Shown: piece by piece, positions 12,067-25,519 of the stretch | How positions within the stretch are numbered: the first letter of the stretch is position 1 | Layout of the letters: every line of letters begins with the position of its first letter | NCBI RefSeq assembly: GCF_006345805.1 | Contig: NC_043008.1 | Span: forward strand, 55,304,001-55,368,000 | Source: Octopus sinensis | Taxonomy: Eukaryota | Length of the DNA: 64,000 nucleotides | Reading direction: 5' to 3' | The notes under the pieces: generated by a model | What the model saw: the letters and a program-made list of their open reading frames with translations, nothing else | Databases searched by the model: none | What the model was told of the DNA's origin: nothing | Program-made: the position numbers and the translations under genes

Positions 12067-12539
12067 GGTGTAACTACTGGTGTGGACATGGGTGTGTGGT
12101 TGAGAAGCTTGCTTCCCATCCATTTGGTCTTGGGTTCAGTCTCACTGTGTGGAGCCTTGGGCAAGTGTCTTCTGCTCCCTGGTCAATCAAAGTCTTGTGA
12201 GCAGACTTAGTAGATGGAAACCAAAAAAGGTTCATCATGTGTGTGTGTGTGTGTGTGTGTGTGTCCTTGTCTAAACATCTCATGATGGTTATAAATAAAC
12301 ATCATCATCATCATCGTACAAGCAAGGTTGTTCATTTCCAGTCTTCCTTGAAGAATATATCTTGTTATTGGAATATATTACTTTGCTTGAAAACAGGTGA
12401 TGGTTGGTAACAGGAAGGGCAACCAACCATGTGAAAAACTGTCTCCAGAATTTCTGTTTGATCTATTCAAGCAGGAAAAATTAGATGTTAAATGAATGAT
12501 GATGATGTATGTATGTATGCATGTATCTGCTTCTCGAAG

Positions 12540-12770
12540 GCTAACCTACTGGGCCACAAGCACAGTCACAACGGTAATCCTGTCTACCAATGCAATATCC
12601 AACATGTTCTCTCGTGCACATAGTGTAGCAGAATTTGTGGGTCAGCCAGTGAGCTCCCTTGATATTGTAGATCCTGGCTATTGTTGGAAGGCTTGACTTG
12701 TAGTTGGTGTGGAATGACGTGTAGGTCCCTTGCAAACCTTAGAAGCCATATGAGATGTCATCAGCAATAA
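12540..12770 (+). mobile_element. Degenerate RTE/BovB-type LINE C-terminus with C2H2 fingers
   Basis: CSWCGMTCRSLANLRSHMRCHQQ* at 12699-12770, preceded by a broken YQCNI..SRA finger and in-frame stops. Confidence 0.45.
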
Positions 12771-12904
12771 GGAGACCAAACAGATGTTTCTTGAAGTGAA
12801 ACAGGTTTAAGAAGTGGTCTTACTTGGTCACAAATCGACTTCCAGCATGTATGCAAGTTTGTATGTAATGTATGTATGTATGCATGTATATTTTACAAAG
12901 CACG

Positions 12905-13139
12905 AGGCGGCGAGCTGGCAGAAACGTTAGCACGCCGGGCGAAATGCGTAGCCGTATTTCGTCTGCCGTTACGTTCTGAGTTCAAATTCCGCCGAGGTCG
13001 ACTTTGCTTTTCATCCTTTCGGGGTCGATAGATAAAGTACCAGTTTCGTACTGGGGTCGATGTAATCGACTTAATCCCTTTGTCTGTCCTTGTTTGTCCC
13101 CTCTATGTTTATCCCCCTTGTGGGCAATAAAGAAATATA
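12905..13139 (+). mobile_element. SINE family B, full length
   Basis: ggcggcgagctggcagaaacg...gtgggcaataaagaaata. Other copies at 17836-18067 and 34128-34360. Confidence 0.9.
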
Positions 13140-13914
13140 TTTTACAAAGCATACTGTTAGCATGCATGCACACAACATGCTTTGTATAGTTTCTGTCCAC
13201 CAAATTCAGTCACAAGACATTGATTTGCTATTATCTTTAGCAGAAGATGCTTTCCCCAAGTGAAATTGAATTCAATACCTCATGGTTGGGAAACAATCTT
13301 CCTAACCACACAGTTATGCCTGCTTAAATGAAAAACATGATTTTTACAGTTGTCAGCCCTATATTGTCTTTTTGAGGGTCTGATTTTTGTTTTAAACAAG
13401 CCTAAAAATTTTTAATTGCATTCAGAACACAAACACAGTATGCTGACATTTAAATGTACAATTTATTTTATAAAATAACACTTGAATAACACTTATTTCA
13501 TAATTACTGGCATATTGTGTTTCTGCGCTTATGTTGCTATAGTAATGTTTAACAGCCTTTACTAAACTTTCTACTAATTATACTAGTATTATTTTATTAT
13601 AGTACTAATGGTACAAGCACTTGTAGCTTCATTTATCATTGATTCCTTCATTGCTAATCTGGAATAACACAGCGCACTCATTGTAAACCTTGTTATGCTA
13701 ATCACGGATTGATCTGCGATAACACTGATCAGCAATCAGTTGAAGTTTCTGCTTGTGCTGCAAAATTACACCCTGGTAACCATTCACCATGCTGAGCCAC
13801 CCGGAAGGCACTGCATATTGCATGTATTCACATGGCTGTGCTGCAAGGCTGGATTTTTTTTTTTAAGCAGATTTATATACTCATACCCATCAACATGGGA
13901 TCAGTGTTGAGGGG

Positions 13915-14395
13915 TATGAGTGGCTTAGTGGCACAAACGTTAGCACACCAGGCGAAATGCTTAGCGGTATTTCATCTGCCGTCAGATTCTGAGTTCAAAT
14001 TCTGCCAAGGTCGACTTTGCCTTTCATCCTTTCGGGGTCGATAAATTAAGTACCAGTTACACACTGGGGTCGATATAATCGACTTAATCCGTTTGTCTGT
14101 CCTTGTTTGTCCCCTCTGTGTTTAGCCCCTTGTGGGTAGTAAAGAAATAGGTATTTTGTCTGCCAAGGCAGCAAGCTGGCAGAAACGTTAGCACGCCGGG
14201 TGAAATGCTTAGTGGTACTTCGTCTGCCGTTACATTCTCAGTTCAAATTCCACCAAGGTCGACTTTACCTTTCATCTTTTCGAGGTCGATAAATTAAGTA
14301 CCAGTTATGCACTGGGGTCAATGTAATCAACTTAATCCGTTTGTCTGTCCTTGTTTGTCTCCTCTGTGTTTGTCCCCTTGTGGGCGATAAAGTAA
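13915..14395 (+). mobile_element. Two adjacent family B SINEs
   Basis: Two copies joined through gaaata|ggtattttgtctgcc. Confidence 0.85.
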
Positions 14396-14415
14396 TAAGA
14401 ATTAAGAAACATGGG

Positions 14416-14448
<33 letters not shown>

Positions 14449-15609
14449 GTTTAACATCCGTTTTCCATGCTAGCATGGGTTGGACGGTTCGACCGGGGTC
14501 TGGGAAGCCAGGAGGCTGCACCCGGCCCAGTCTGATCTGGCAGTGTTTCTATACCTGGATGATCTTCCTAACGCCAACCACTCCGTGAGTGTAGTGGGTG
14601 CCTTTTATGTGCCACCGGCACAGAAACCAGTCAAGGCGGCACTGGCATCGGCCACGTTCGGATGGTGCTTTTTATGTGCCACTGGCACAGAAGCCAGTCA
14701 AGGCGGCACTGGCATCGGCCATGTTCGGATGGTACTACAGAAAAAACACAACGGCAGCTGACTCTAACAACTGACACAAATGAAAAGGTAGAGACGACCA
14801 AGAAAATATGTTTGGTGAAATGAATATAGCATTCCTTCCATTGATAAAGTGTGTGGAGATGGTTCATTCATCACTGTGGTGCTTTGGAACCCAACCCCTG
14901 TGAGAAATGAGGATAAATATACCACTTTGGTGGTAAATAATTAGTGAATTATTTGATAGCTCTTACAGAACTTAGTCCTTATTATTTAAATGGCCTCTAA
15001 TAGTGCTAAATAGTCATTAATAAACACTATGCTTATATTTGTTAGAAATTACTAAACTGCTAATTAGCTAACAGTGAGCTAAATATTCATTAATGATAGT
15101 TTGGTACAGTAGGAAACTAATAATAATTAGTTGTACATTTGCTAATCTGTCAACTTTGTTGTTGTTGTTGTTGTTATCATCATCATCATCATTATTATTA
15201 TTATTATTATTATTATATTATTATTATTATTATTATCATTATTATTATTTTTACTACTTACAAGTGTACAATTTCTTTTGTTTTATTTGTTTTGCTTTTG
15301 TTTCTGTATGACACCAGTGTATATATATAATATCCAATGTATAAATAAGGTTGATGCTAATGTACTTATTCGTACTGAGACAAAAAATTTTAATTAATCA
15401 TTATAATTACATTCATGATGAAGAGGAAGAACTATTAACTGACAGGGGAGATAACTCTGAATTCAAACTACATAAAATTTTATTAGAAAGTAAAATAATG
15501 CTGTCAGTAACATGTCTGATCTGCAACAGTACAGTGATAAATTCATTCATGTTTCAGTCTTATTAAACCTCTTCAGTCTTTAGTATCACACAAAGATAAC
15601 ATGGCTTTA

Positions 15610-17770
15610 TATCATCATCGTCATCAGCATCATCATCATCATCGTGTAACGTCCGCTTTCCATGCTGGCATGGGTTAGATGGCTTGACTGAGGACTGGCA
15701 AGCCAGGAGGTTGCACCAGTCTCCAATCTGTTCTGGCAAGGTTTCTACAGCTGGATGCCCTTCCTAACACCAACCACTCCAAGAATGTAGTGGGTGCTTT
15801 TTACATGCCACCAGAATGGGAGCCGGTCAGGTGGTACTGGCAACAACCATGCTCGAATTATGCCTTTTACGTCCCACCGGCATGGGAGCCAGTCAGGTGG
15901 CACTGGCATCAGCCACACTCGAATAGTGCTTTTTACATACCACCAGCATGGGTGCCAGTCAGGCGGCACTGGCATCAACTACAACAAAGATTTCACTTGA
16001 CTCAACAGGTCTTCTCAAACGCAGCATATTGCCCGATGTTTGAACAGTGTTTTTAAACAGACCATTTATGCGACACTGGCATTGGCCACGGATACAATCT
16101 CACTTGGGTTGCTGGGTTTTCTCAAGCACAGCATATCTCCAAAGTTCTCAGTCACTTGTCATTGCCTCTGTGAAACCGATTGTTTAAAGGTCGTGCTTCA
16201 CCACCTCATCCTAGCTCTTCCTGGGTCTACCTCTTCTACAGGTTTCCTCCACTATTAGGGTGTGACACTTCTTCACACAGCTGTCCTCATCCATACACAA
16301 CAGATGACCATACAAGCACAGTCGTCTCTCGTGCACACCACATCTGATACTATTTATATCCAACTTTTCTCTCAGTGTGCTTAAACTCTGTCGTGTATCC
16401 ACACTGACATTATACATCCAGCATAGCATACTATCTTCATTCCTTTCAAGCCTACACATGTCCTCAGCAGTCACAGCCCATGTTTCACTGTCATGTAACA
16501 TGGCTATTCACATGCATGCTTCATAAGTAGGAGCTCTCTAAACTTAACCCAGGCTTTTCTTACTCTAGGAGCCACACTCTCAGAGCATCCACCTCCGCCA
16601 CTAACTTGGTCACATAAGTAATGGTAGCTATCAGCTACTTCTAGTTTTTCCCCCTGGCATGTGATGGAATCTGTTTTCTATACATCTTTGATGTTTATTG
16701 TCCCTGTGCATCTGTCACATACAAAAACTATCTTCCCAGTCAACCTTTTCATATTGCTGCACTTCTTATGTGTCCATAGCTTACACAAGGTACATCGTAT
16801 GGAGTTTCTACCTACACCTTTTCTGCAGATTGAGCAGGGCCATCTACCTGAAGGGATTTGTGATTTGTCTGCCTTCCTACTTACTAAAACTTTGGTTTCT
16901 GCTAGATTGACTCTAAGACACTTCAATTCTAGACCTTGCTTTCACACCTGAAAATTCTCTAGTTCTGGTTGTGATTCTGCTATTAGAGCAAGATCATCAG
17001 CATAGAGGAGCTCTCAGGGGCAGCCTGTCTTAAATTCCTATGTTATTGCCTAAAAGACTATGATGAATAAGAGTGGGCTGAGGACTGAGCCCCTACTTCT
17101 ACCCAGAATTCTTCACTATACTCATTGCTAACCCTCACTTTACAGACAGCATCCCTGTACATGACTTGTACAGCTCTCACCAACCACTCATCTATCCTTA
17201 GTTTCCACATTGACCACCAAATAAAGGATTGGGGGACCCCGTCAAAGGCTTTCTCCATGTCAACAAAAGCCAAATACAGAGGTTTATCTTTGGCTAAGAA
17301 TTTCTTCTTCGGCTGTCTTACCAGAAGTATAGCATCAGTGATGCTTTTCTCTGGAACAAACCCAAACTGCATCTCGTCTGAACTAACTCTCTCCCTAATT
17401 AATTGGGCTATGACCCTCACCATGACTTTCATCACTTGGGCCAACAATTTGATACCCCTGTAATTATTCCTATCTAATGCCTCGCCTTTACCTTTGTAGC
17501 AGTTGACTATGATGCTGCTACACCAGTCATTTGGTATGACTCATTCATGTCTCACCTTGTTGACTATACAGGTGACTGGACTATAGCCAAGATATATATA
17601 AACCAGATATTTTAAGCATCTCTGCAGTGACTCCTGATAGACCGGGATCTTTCCCTGCCTTCATACCTTTAATTGCTTTATCTACCAAGGTACTGTCCAT
17701 TCAAATAGCTGGTCCCTTTGTTGGGTTGACATTTGGCAGACTCTCTTTCTCTCATTCATTCTCTTCATTT
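15610..17770 (-). mobile_element. 5'-truncated, frameshifted RTE LINE (RT, thumb, 3' UTR)
   Basis: Minus-strand peptides QFGFVP..STTDAI..VRQ, LYLAFVDMEKAFD, LLYADD (split), LHDSETWAVTAEDM, LYGHLLCMDEDSCVKKC; (GAT)n tail near 15610-15645. Confidence 0.95.
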
Positions 17771-17797
17771 AGCAACCTTTCATAGTGGCATCTCCAA

Positions 17798-17835
<38 letters not shown>

Positions 17836-17836
<1 letters not shown>

Positions 17837-18063
17837 AGGCGGCAAGCTGACAGAACCATTAGCACGCCGGGCGAAATGCGTAGCTGTATTTCGTCTGTCG
17901 TTACGTTCCGAGTTCAAATTCCGCCGAGGTTGACTTTGCCTTTTATCCTTGTGGGGTCGATAAATTAAGTACCAGTTACGCACTGGGGTCGATGTAATCG
18001 ACTTAATCCCTTTGTCTGTCCTTGTTTGTCCTCTCTACGTTTAGCCCCTTGTGAACAGTAAAG

Positions 18064-18067
<4 letters not shown>
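17836..18067 (+). mobile_element. SINE family B
   Basis: Full-length match; lies within (TA)n. Confidence 0.9.
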
Positions 18068-18103
<36 letters not shown>

Positions 18104-18602
18104 CACATATATATATGTGTATGTATGTATGTATGCATATATGTATGCATGTATGTATGTGTGTGTGTGTGCATGCAGCTATATATATGTACATATTCAC
18201 ATGCACACACACACACACATGCAACAGACACACACACAATCACCACCACCATTATCATTTAGGTTCATTCACCACGCTGGTATGAGTTGGACATTTTGAA
18301 AGGATCTGATATTGATAATTCGAAGGATCACATCATCTCTCAATGTCAGCTTGGTTTTATTCTCTATGGCCTGATGTCCTTCCTAATCCCAGCCCCTTTA
18401 CAAAGTTTTACTGTGTGCATTTTTCGGGTCACCAGCACTAAAGAGGTCACCTTGCAAATTGTAATACTAAACAGTCTGAAAGGGGCTACTCTGAGTGAAG
18501 GAGAGAGAGTAAAGTATCTTTTATCTTTTACTTGTTTCAGTCATTTGACTGCAGCCATGCTTGGGCACCGCCTTTGAGAATTTTTGTCATATAAGTTGTT
18601 TC

Positions 18603-19247
18603 GGATCTTTTCACTTTGACCGGCAGATTTTAAAAATAATTTCTTTGTAACTAAGCACTTTTAAACTTCATATACTGGTAGAATGTGTTACATAAAACAT
18701 CTTTTTCTCTTGGCTTTCTTGAGAAAATTCTGTAGTTTGTAATCTATTTGTTGTTAAATTTCTTGCATTTCGGCAATTTCAACCAATCAATGACGTCTAT
18801 TGAGGTGAATACAATTTCTGCGGTTGTTTGTTAACAACAACTTCCTGCGGTCTCTATTTAGTTTGTCACTGTTATTTATGACATATTTCATATCAGTCAC
18901 GTTCGTATGAATAAAAGATTGTCGGGGGAAGGGTTTCTTTTTCTTCAGAAATGTAAATAAACCCTCATGGGTTTATAAGTGACAGCCTCACCACCGGAAG
19001 TTCTTGTTGAACTTGTTGACAAACAACAGCAGAAATTGTATTCACCTCAATAGACGTCATTGATTGGTTGAAATTGCCGAAATGCAAGAAATTTAACAAC
19101 AAATAGCTTACAAACTAAAGAATTTTCTCAAGAAAGCCAAGAGAAAAAGATGTTTTATGTAACACATTCTACCAGTATACGAAGTTTAAAAGTGCTTAGT
19201 TACAAAGAAATTATTTTTAAAATCTGCTGGTCAAAGTGAAAAGATCC
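18603..19247. mobile_element. Non-autonomous DNA transposon with 235-bp TIRs (Merlin-like by GG termini and 8-bp TSD)
   Basis: Arms 18603-18837 and 19013-19247 have about 6 mismatches; ends are GGATC...GATCC; flanks GTTGTTTC / ATTGTTTC (7 of 8). The superfamily call is inference. Confidence 0.8.
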
Positions 19248-19780
19248 ATTGTTTCCAGTATTTACATTTTTTAAAGCCTGGTACTTAAAGTACCAATCTC
19301 TTTTTTTTTTAACTGCAAAGTCACAGGGGTGTAAACACACCAACACCAGTTGTCAAGTAGTGGCGTGGTACATAGACACACACACATGTGATGATCAGTG
19401 CTATAATAGAAGTTGTGTGTTGAAGCATGAAGTAGTTGTGTGTGTGAAGGCGCATGGCTCAGTAGTTAGAGCATCAAGCTTACGATCGTGAGGTTGTGAG
19501 TTCTAATCCTGGACCGGGCTGTGTGTTATGTTCTTGAGCAAGACACTTTATTTCATGTTGCTCCAGTTCACTCAGCTGTAGAAATGTAGGTCTACTCAGT
19601 CAGTGATAGCCAAGGGCTAAATGCAACACAACATCATGGATGTTGTTGCAATTCTAGTGGGAAGGAGTTCTGTAAAGGAAGGTTTGGAGTTGGCATTAAA
19701 TGCAGGGTCTGTAAGCTAAGACAATGTTGGGTCGATGAGGGAAAAAAAGGCAGTATGCATTGATGCATTGTGTGTCACCT

Positions 19781-19947
19781 GATGATGATGATGAGGAGGA
19801 GGAGGAGGATGATGAGGATGGTGGTGATGATGATGATGATGAGGAGGAGGAGGAGGAGGAGGAAGGTGGTGATGATGATGATGAGGATGATGATGATGGT
19901 GATGATGATGAAAGTTGTTATTATTACTACTATTATTATTATTATTA

Positions 19948-19981
<34 letters not shown>

Positions 19982-20020
19982 TCTTACTATTATTACTACT
20001 ATTATTATAGTTGTTATCAT
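19781..20020. repeat. (GAT/GAG)n followed by (TTA)n microsatellite
   Basis: Direct reading; explains the poly-D/E, poly-Y and poly-I ORFs. Confidence 0.95.
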
Positions 20021-20277
20021 TATAATTTTAGGGTGACAGATGGCGAAATCAATAGAATGAAGGGTGATGTATCTCGAGGTATTTAGTTAAATCCATTTAT
20101 GTTCTTGGTTCAAATCCCACTAGGTTTAAATTTGCTTTTCATCCTCGCAGCAACTAATAAACAAAACACCAGTCATATACTGGTAATACATTTAACTGAC
20201 TATACCTTCCCCCCCAACAGAATCATCCCCTTCCTCCTCCTTCTCCTCCTCCTCCTCCTCATCATCATCATCATTGT

Positions 20278-20655
20278 TGAGTGAGAGATCAGTTCATGCC
20301 ATCAAAGTGACACTGGGGTAAAAATATACGAAGCCCAGTATACTCATCACGATTACCCGTCTGATAAGGGTACACCAGGCACATGCATCACAACCATATG
20401 TGCGCGACATGGTGATCTCATATCAAGATAAACAGTGCATGACCTTGCAGGTGGGGCCCAGTTAGAATTTTCTTCTGGTCAAGTAGCACATCCTGCTCAG
20501 AAGTTCCCTGAATAAGGGTTGTTTAAGGATTGAATGACCCACCCATGTTTCTAAAGGTGAATTATCCAAACCTCCAAGAATTCCTTTCAACACACAGCTA
20601 TGATGCTCCCCAACTACTTCTGCTCATGATCAGAGATGCACATATTGTCAGCCAC

Positions 20656-20657
<2 letters not shown>
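20278..20657 (-). mobile_element. Truncated copy of a (TAA)n-tailed non-coding retroposon
   Basis: Aligns along its length with 20772-21150; bounded by trinucleotide tracts. Confidence 0.75.
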
Positions 20658-20695
<38 letters not shown>

Positions 20696-20732
20696 TATTA
20701 TTATTATTAATTATTATTATTATTATTATTAA

Positions 20733-20768
<36 letters not shown>

Positions 20769-20771
20769 CAT

Positions 20772-21327
20772 TGAGTGAGCGAGCAGATCATGCCATCAAA
20801 GTGACACTGGGGTAAAATATACGAAGCCCAATATACCCATCATGACTACGTGTCTGATAAGGGTACACTAGGCACATGCATCACAACCATGTGTGCGACA
20901 TGGTGATCTCATATCAAGATAAACACCACCACATGACCTTGCAGGTGGGGCCCAGTTAGAATTTTCTTCAGGTCGAGTAGCCCATCCCACTCAAGAGGTC
21001 CCTCAATAAGGGTTGTTTAAGGATGTTGAAAGAACCACCCATGTTTTCAGAGGTGAATTATTCAAACCCCAAAGAATCCCTCTCAACACATGGCTATGAT
21101 GCTCCCCTCTGTTTCTGCTCGTGATCATAGATGCACATATCGTCAGCCACTAAGGGACATGCTCAACTGGTTATGGTCAAGTAACTGACAAGCAAATCTG
21201 TGGTATTGAGCAGAATATTTGCTGTAGCCCATCTTTTATACCAAGACAAAACAATGTACATGATAACACTTCCAATCAGTTAAGATCAGAAACCATGAGA
21301 GCCACTGCCTAGTACTGCATCAGGGCA

Positions 21328-21330
<3 letters not shown>
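20772..21330 (-). mobile_element. ~560-bp (TAA)n-flanked non-coding retroposon
   Basis: No ORF, no TIR, no clear tRNA head; (TTA)n on both sides; second copy immediately upstream. Confidence 0.7.
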
Positions 21331-21382
<52 letters not shown>

Positions 21383-21423
21383 CATTATTATTATTATTAT
21401 CATCATTATTATTATTATCATCA

Positions 21424-21478
<55 letters not shown>

Positions 21479-21960
21479 CATTATTATTGTGTTTTCAATA
21501 GTTTCATGCCCCATCAAGTGCACCATTACGTCACTGACTGCACTTTTCCATCACCATCAAGTGCATCATAGCACCATTAAATTGTACAGTTGCACTGCAC
21601 TACCAAATACACTGCTGTATCATGAAATGTGGAGTGTGTTCCAGCATTCTGAGTTCAAATTTGCCTTTCATCCCTCTGGACCACTACAATAAAGTACCAG
21701 TCAAGTACTGGGATAATGGTATCAACTAACTCCTTAAATTATAAACTGTTACTATTATGGTTAAAGGTGTCAAGCTGGCAGAACCGTTAGCAAACCAGGT
21801 AAAATGCTTAGCTGCAGTTTGTCTGTGTTTTGTGTTCAAATTCTGCCAAGGTAACTTTGCCTATCATCAAGAACTGGGGTCAGTGCGATCGGCTAGCACC
21901 TTCTCCCAAAATTTCAAGCCTTGTGTCTATAGTAGAAAAGATCATTATTATTATTATCAC

Positions 21961-21993
<33 letters not shown>

Positions 21994-22517
21994 CATTATT
22001 ATTACCCGTGCCGGTGGCACATAAAAAGCACCATCTGACCGTGGCCATTTGCCAGCCCCGTCTGGCACCTGTGCCGGTGGCATGTAAAAAGCACCCACTA
22101 CACTCACAGAGTGGTTGGCGTTAGGAAGGGCATCCAGCCGTAGAAACATTGCCAGATCAGACTGGGCCTTGTGCAGCCTTCTGGCTTCCCAGACCCCAGT
22201 TGAACCGTCCAACCCATGCTAGCATGGAAAGCGGACGCTAAATGAGGATAATGATGATGATTATTATTATTATTATTATTATTGAGCTGGCAGAAACGTT
22301 AGCACACAGGCGAAATACTTTGTGGCATTTCCTCTGTCTTTATGTTTTGAGGTCAAATTGTGCTGAGGACGACTTTGCCTTTCATCCTTTTGGGGTTGAT
22401 AAATTAAGTAACAGTTTCGTACTGGGGTCGATCTAATCGACTGGCTCCCTCCCTCAAAATTTCAAGCCTTGTGCCTAGAGTAAAAAAAATTATTATTATT
22501 ATTATTATTATTATTAT

Positions 22518-24385
22518 AGACATAGCACAGTATACAAGATTGTGAGGTTGTTGATTGATGATATTGTGTCTACCTGGGGGTTTGTACTGTTTGTCAAGTC
22601 ACAACGAGGACCTCAGACAGACGGTACTCCAAGTAATGCCAACTTTTGCAATACATCTAGATTGTAGGATATTTCTAAGGTTTCTAAGGTTTCCAGTGTT
22701 CCGAAGATAGTAGGGATAACCTTTTATGTTCAACTCTCGTAGTTGCCACATCTCAGCGATCTCAATTTTCAGGTCTCCGTATTTATCAACTTTTTCTCTT
22801 TCTTTCATGATGATATCTTGATCTCCTGGCACTGCTACATCAATTATCAGGCACTCTTGTTTGTCCCTCTTAAAGAATACTATATCTTGCCTTCAGTGCT
22901 CTAACACCTTGTCTGTCTGGAGATCAAAATCCCGGAGGATTTTTGCCTTCCCCTTTTCATCCATTACCTTTTCTGGTGTAAGTTGGTACCAAGCACCAGT
23001 AGCCTCATATCTATATTTATGGCACAGTAGCCAGTGGAGTTTTTGGGCTACTTTGTCATGTCTACGCTTGTACTCTTTCTGCACAAGACTTTCACAAGCA
23101 CTAACAATGTGAGTCACGTTTTCGATCCTCTTCCCAGACATTCTACAGAGGTCCGTTGCACTTGTGTGGTATATATTCTTTTTCACTGAGTTGGTATTTA
23201 ATGCCTAGTCCTGGGCTGCGATAATTAGGCTTTCAGTATTCTTTTTTAGGATACCCTTGTTGAGCCACCTCCATGATGTTTCCTGGTATTTTAATTTGTT
23301 GGTTTCACGGTGGAACTGACCATGTAATTTCATACAGATTAGGATTTCTTCTCTCTCATTGGCTATTCTTGATCAGAATTCATGAGCACTCTCAAATCCA
23401 TTTTTGTTCACTCCTTCTGCACTAGCAGCATACTGCAGCAGGTCTTGTTTGCTGCTTACCAAATATTCTGCCATGTTTCTTCTTTCACTATTGATGCACT
23501 CCCGTATGCTAATCAGCCCACGTTCACCTTTACCCCTCTTCATGTAGAGCCTGTGTACATTTGCTTTAGGGTGAAGGGTCCCATGCATTGTCATTGTCTT
23601 TCGGGTTGTGTGATCAAGTTGGTCAATCTCCACTTGTGTCCATCTCAGGATGGGTGCACTATAGCGGACTACAGTTACAGCCCATATATTGATAGCAGTC
23701 ACAAGGTTCCTTGAGTTGAGCTTTGATTTCAAGAGAAGTTTGAGGCACTTGAAATATGCTGTGATGACCTTGTCTTTCATTTCTTTGTGCAAGATATTGT
23801 TTAGCTCCAGGGTCCCAAGGTACATGTACCCATCATCACCTGGGTCTTCCATTCTCCTATGTTTGGCAATTCTATGCCCCTAAAATTTACTCTTTTCTCT
23901 TGCTTCAAAGTAAGCACCGCACACTTCGAAATACTGAATTCCATCCTTGCCGCACATTTGCACAGTCTCAACTAACCTCTCCGTTTCAGGCTTTGTTTTT
24001 GAAAACAGTTTTAAATCATTCATGAAGAGAAGGTGGTTGAGACAAGGTCCATTCTTTCTCAACTCATAGTGAACATTGATTTTATGTAGGACTAACAAAC
24101 AACAGAGGCAAACAAGAGTCTCCTTGACAGATGCCTATTCTGATTGTTACCTCGGCTAAGTGCAGGTTGTTACAAGAAAGACACGTTTTCCAACTAAGCA
24201 TGCTGTTCGTAATCAGTGCTCACACATTCTCAGCTGTTCCACATATGTCGAGTGTTTCCAAAATCCACAAATGCGGCAACATGTCATAAGCCTTTTTGAA
24301 GTCTATCCAGGCTACCATTTGCAGTTTTTCATTATAACCTTATCTATCACAAGGTGGTCCTTGGTGCCCTTGGATCCTTTTCGAT
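22518..24385 (-). mobile_element. 5'-truncated R4/Dong-clade LINE (RT + CCHC + restriction-like endonuclease)
   Basis: Minus-strand peptides ICQGDS..PLLF, NHLLFMNDLKLF, GYMYLG, LHPKANVHRLYMKRGKGERGL, CRM...ENVTHIVSAC...YKRRHD and EKVDKYGDLKIEIAEMW; (TAA)n at both ends; frameshifted. Confidence 0.92.
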
Positions 24386-24447
24386 TATTATTAATATTAT
24401 CATCATCATCATCATCATCATCATCATTATTATTATTATTATTATCA

Positions 24448-24490
<43 letters not shown>

Positions 24491-24587
24491 TATTATTATT
24501 ATCATTATTATTATCATCATTATTATCATTATTATTATTATCATTATTATTATTATCATATTATTATTATTATCATCATCATCATCA

Positions 24588-24640
<53 letters not shown>
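24386..24640. repeat. (TTA/TCA)n microsatellite
   Basis: Direct reading. Confidence 0.95.
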
Positions 24641-24642
<2 letters not shown>

Positions 24643-24855
24643 AGGTGGTGAGCTGGCAGAGCCATTATCAAGCAGGACAAAATGCTTAGCAGCAGTTCAT
24701 CCTTCTTTATGTTCTAAGTTTAATTTCTGCCGAGGTTGACTTTGCCTTTGATTCTATCAGGATTGATAAAATAAGTACCAGCTGAGAGCTGATGGGGTCG
24801 ATGTAATCAGTTTATTCCCCCTCCTCCAAAATTGCTGGCCTTGTGCCAGAGTTTG

Positions 24856-24888
<33 letters not shown>

Positions 24889-25519
24889 CTAGCAGCAGCA
24901 GCAGGGCAGCTCACTCGCAGAATCATTAACACACTGGACAAAACGCTTTGCTTTAATTTCTTCCGGCTTAACTTTCCAAGTTCAAATTCCACCAAGGTTT
25001 ACCTTGCCTTTCATTCTTTCAAAAATCAAAGTAATCAACTGGTCCTTTCCCCTGAAAACTGCCGGCCCAGTGCCAATATTTGAAACCATTATTGTTGTTG
25101 TTGTTCAGTTGCCTTATTTTTTTTTTTATTGCTTTCTTCCATTGCATACCAGAGCACAGCATGCAACGTTTTGTTCTGGTTTTATATTTTCCACTGTCTT
25201 CAAATTTTCGTATGCAGTTCCTGAGAAGAACTATTTCTCCATTATATGCATATTTCTAAGTCCTGGTGCTTTGATTATGTATCTGTTTGCATGTTTTCTT
25301 AACCATTCCCAAAGCACATACTATTATTAGAGTGATTGTTTCTGTTTTCAGGCTCCACATTCAGCTTATTTCTGTTGCCAAATCTTTGTACACAGATAAT
25401 GATTTCATTTCTTTAAGTGATGTATTAGCATCTATTGGAACTGATGCTGTGATTTAGGCATCCATTCCTTTCCTGGTGGTCCTTCACCAATGTTAACTTT
25501 GCCTTTCATCTTTTCACAA

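Noticed and set aside
12699-12770. C2H2 zinc finger, suggesting a member of the octopus C2H2 gene expansion
   Set aside because: Single finger with no TGEKP linker and upstream stops; fits the C-terminus of an RTE/BovB-type LINE.
14560-14735. Repeat-spacer-like arrays resembling CRISPR
   Set aside because: These are RTE 3' UTR tandem repeats; the spacers are homologous to each other, there are no cas genes, and the context is eukaryotic.
19760-20086. Poly-Asp/Glu then poly-Tyr ORF
   Set aside because: Pure trinucleotide repeats with no splice signals or unique coding sequence.
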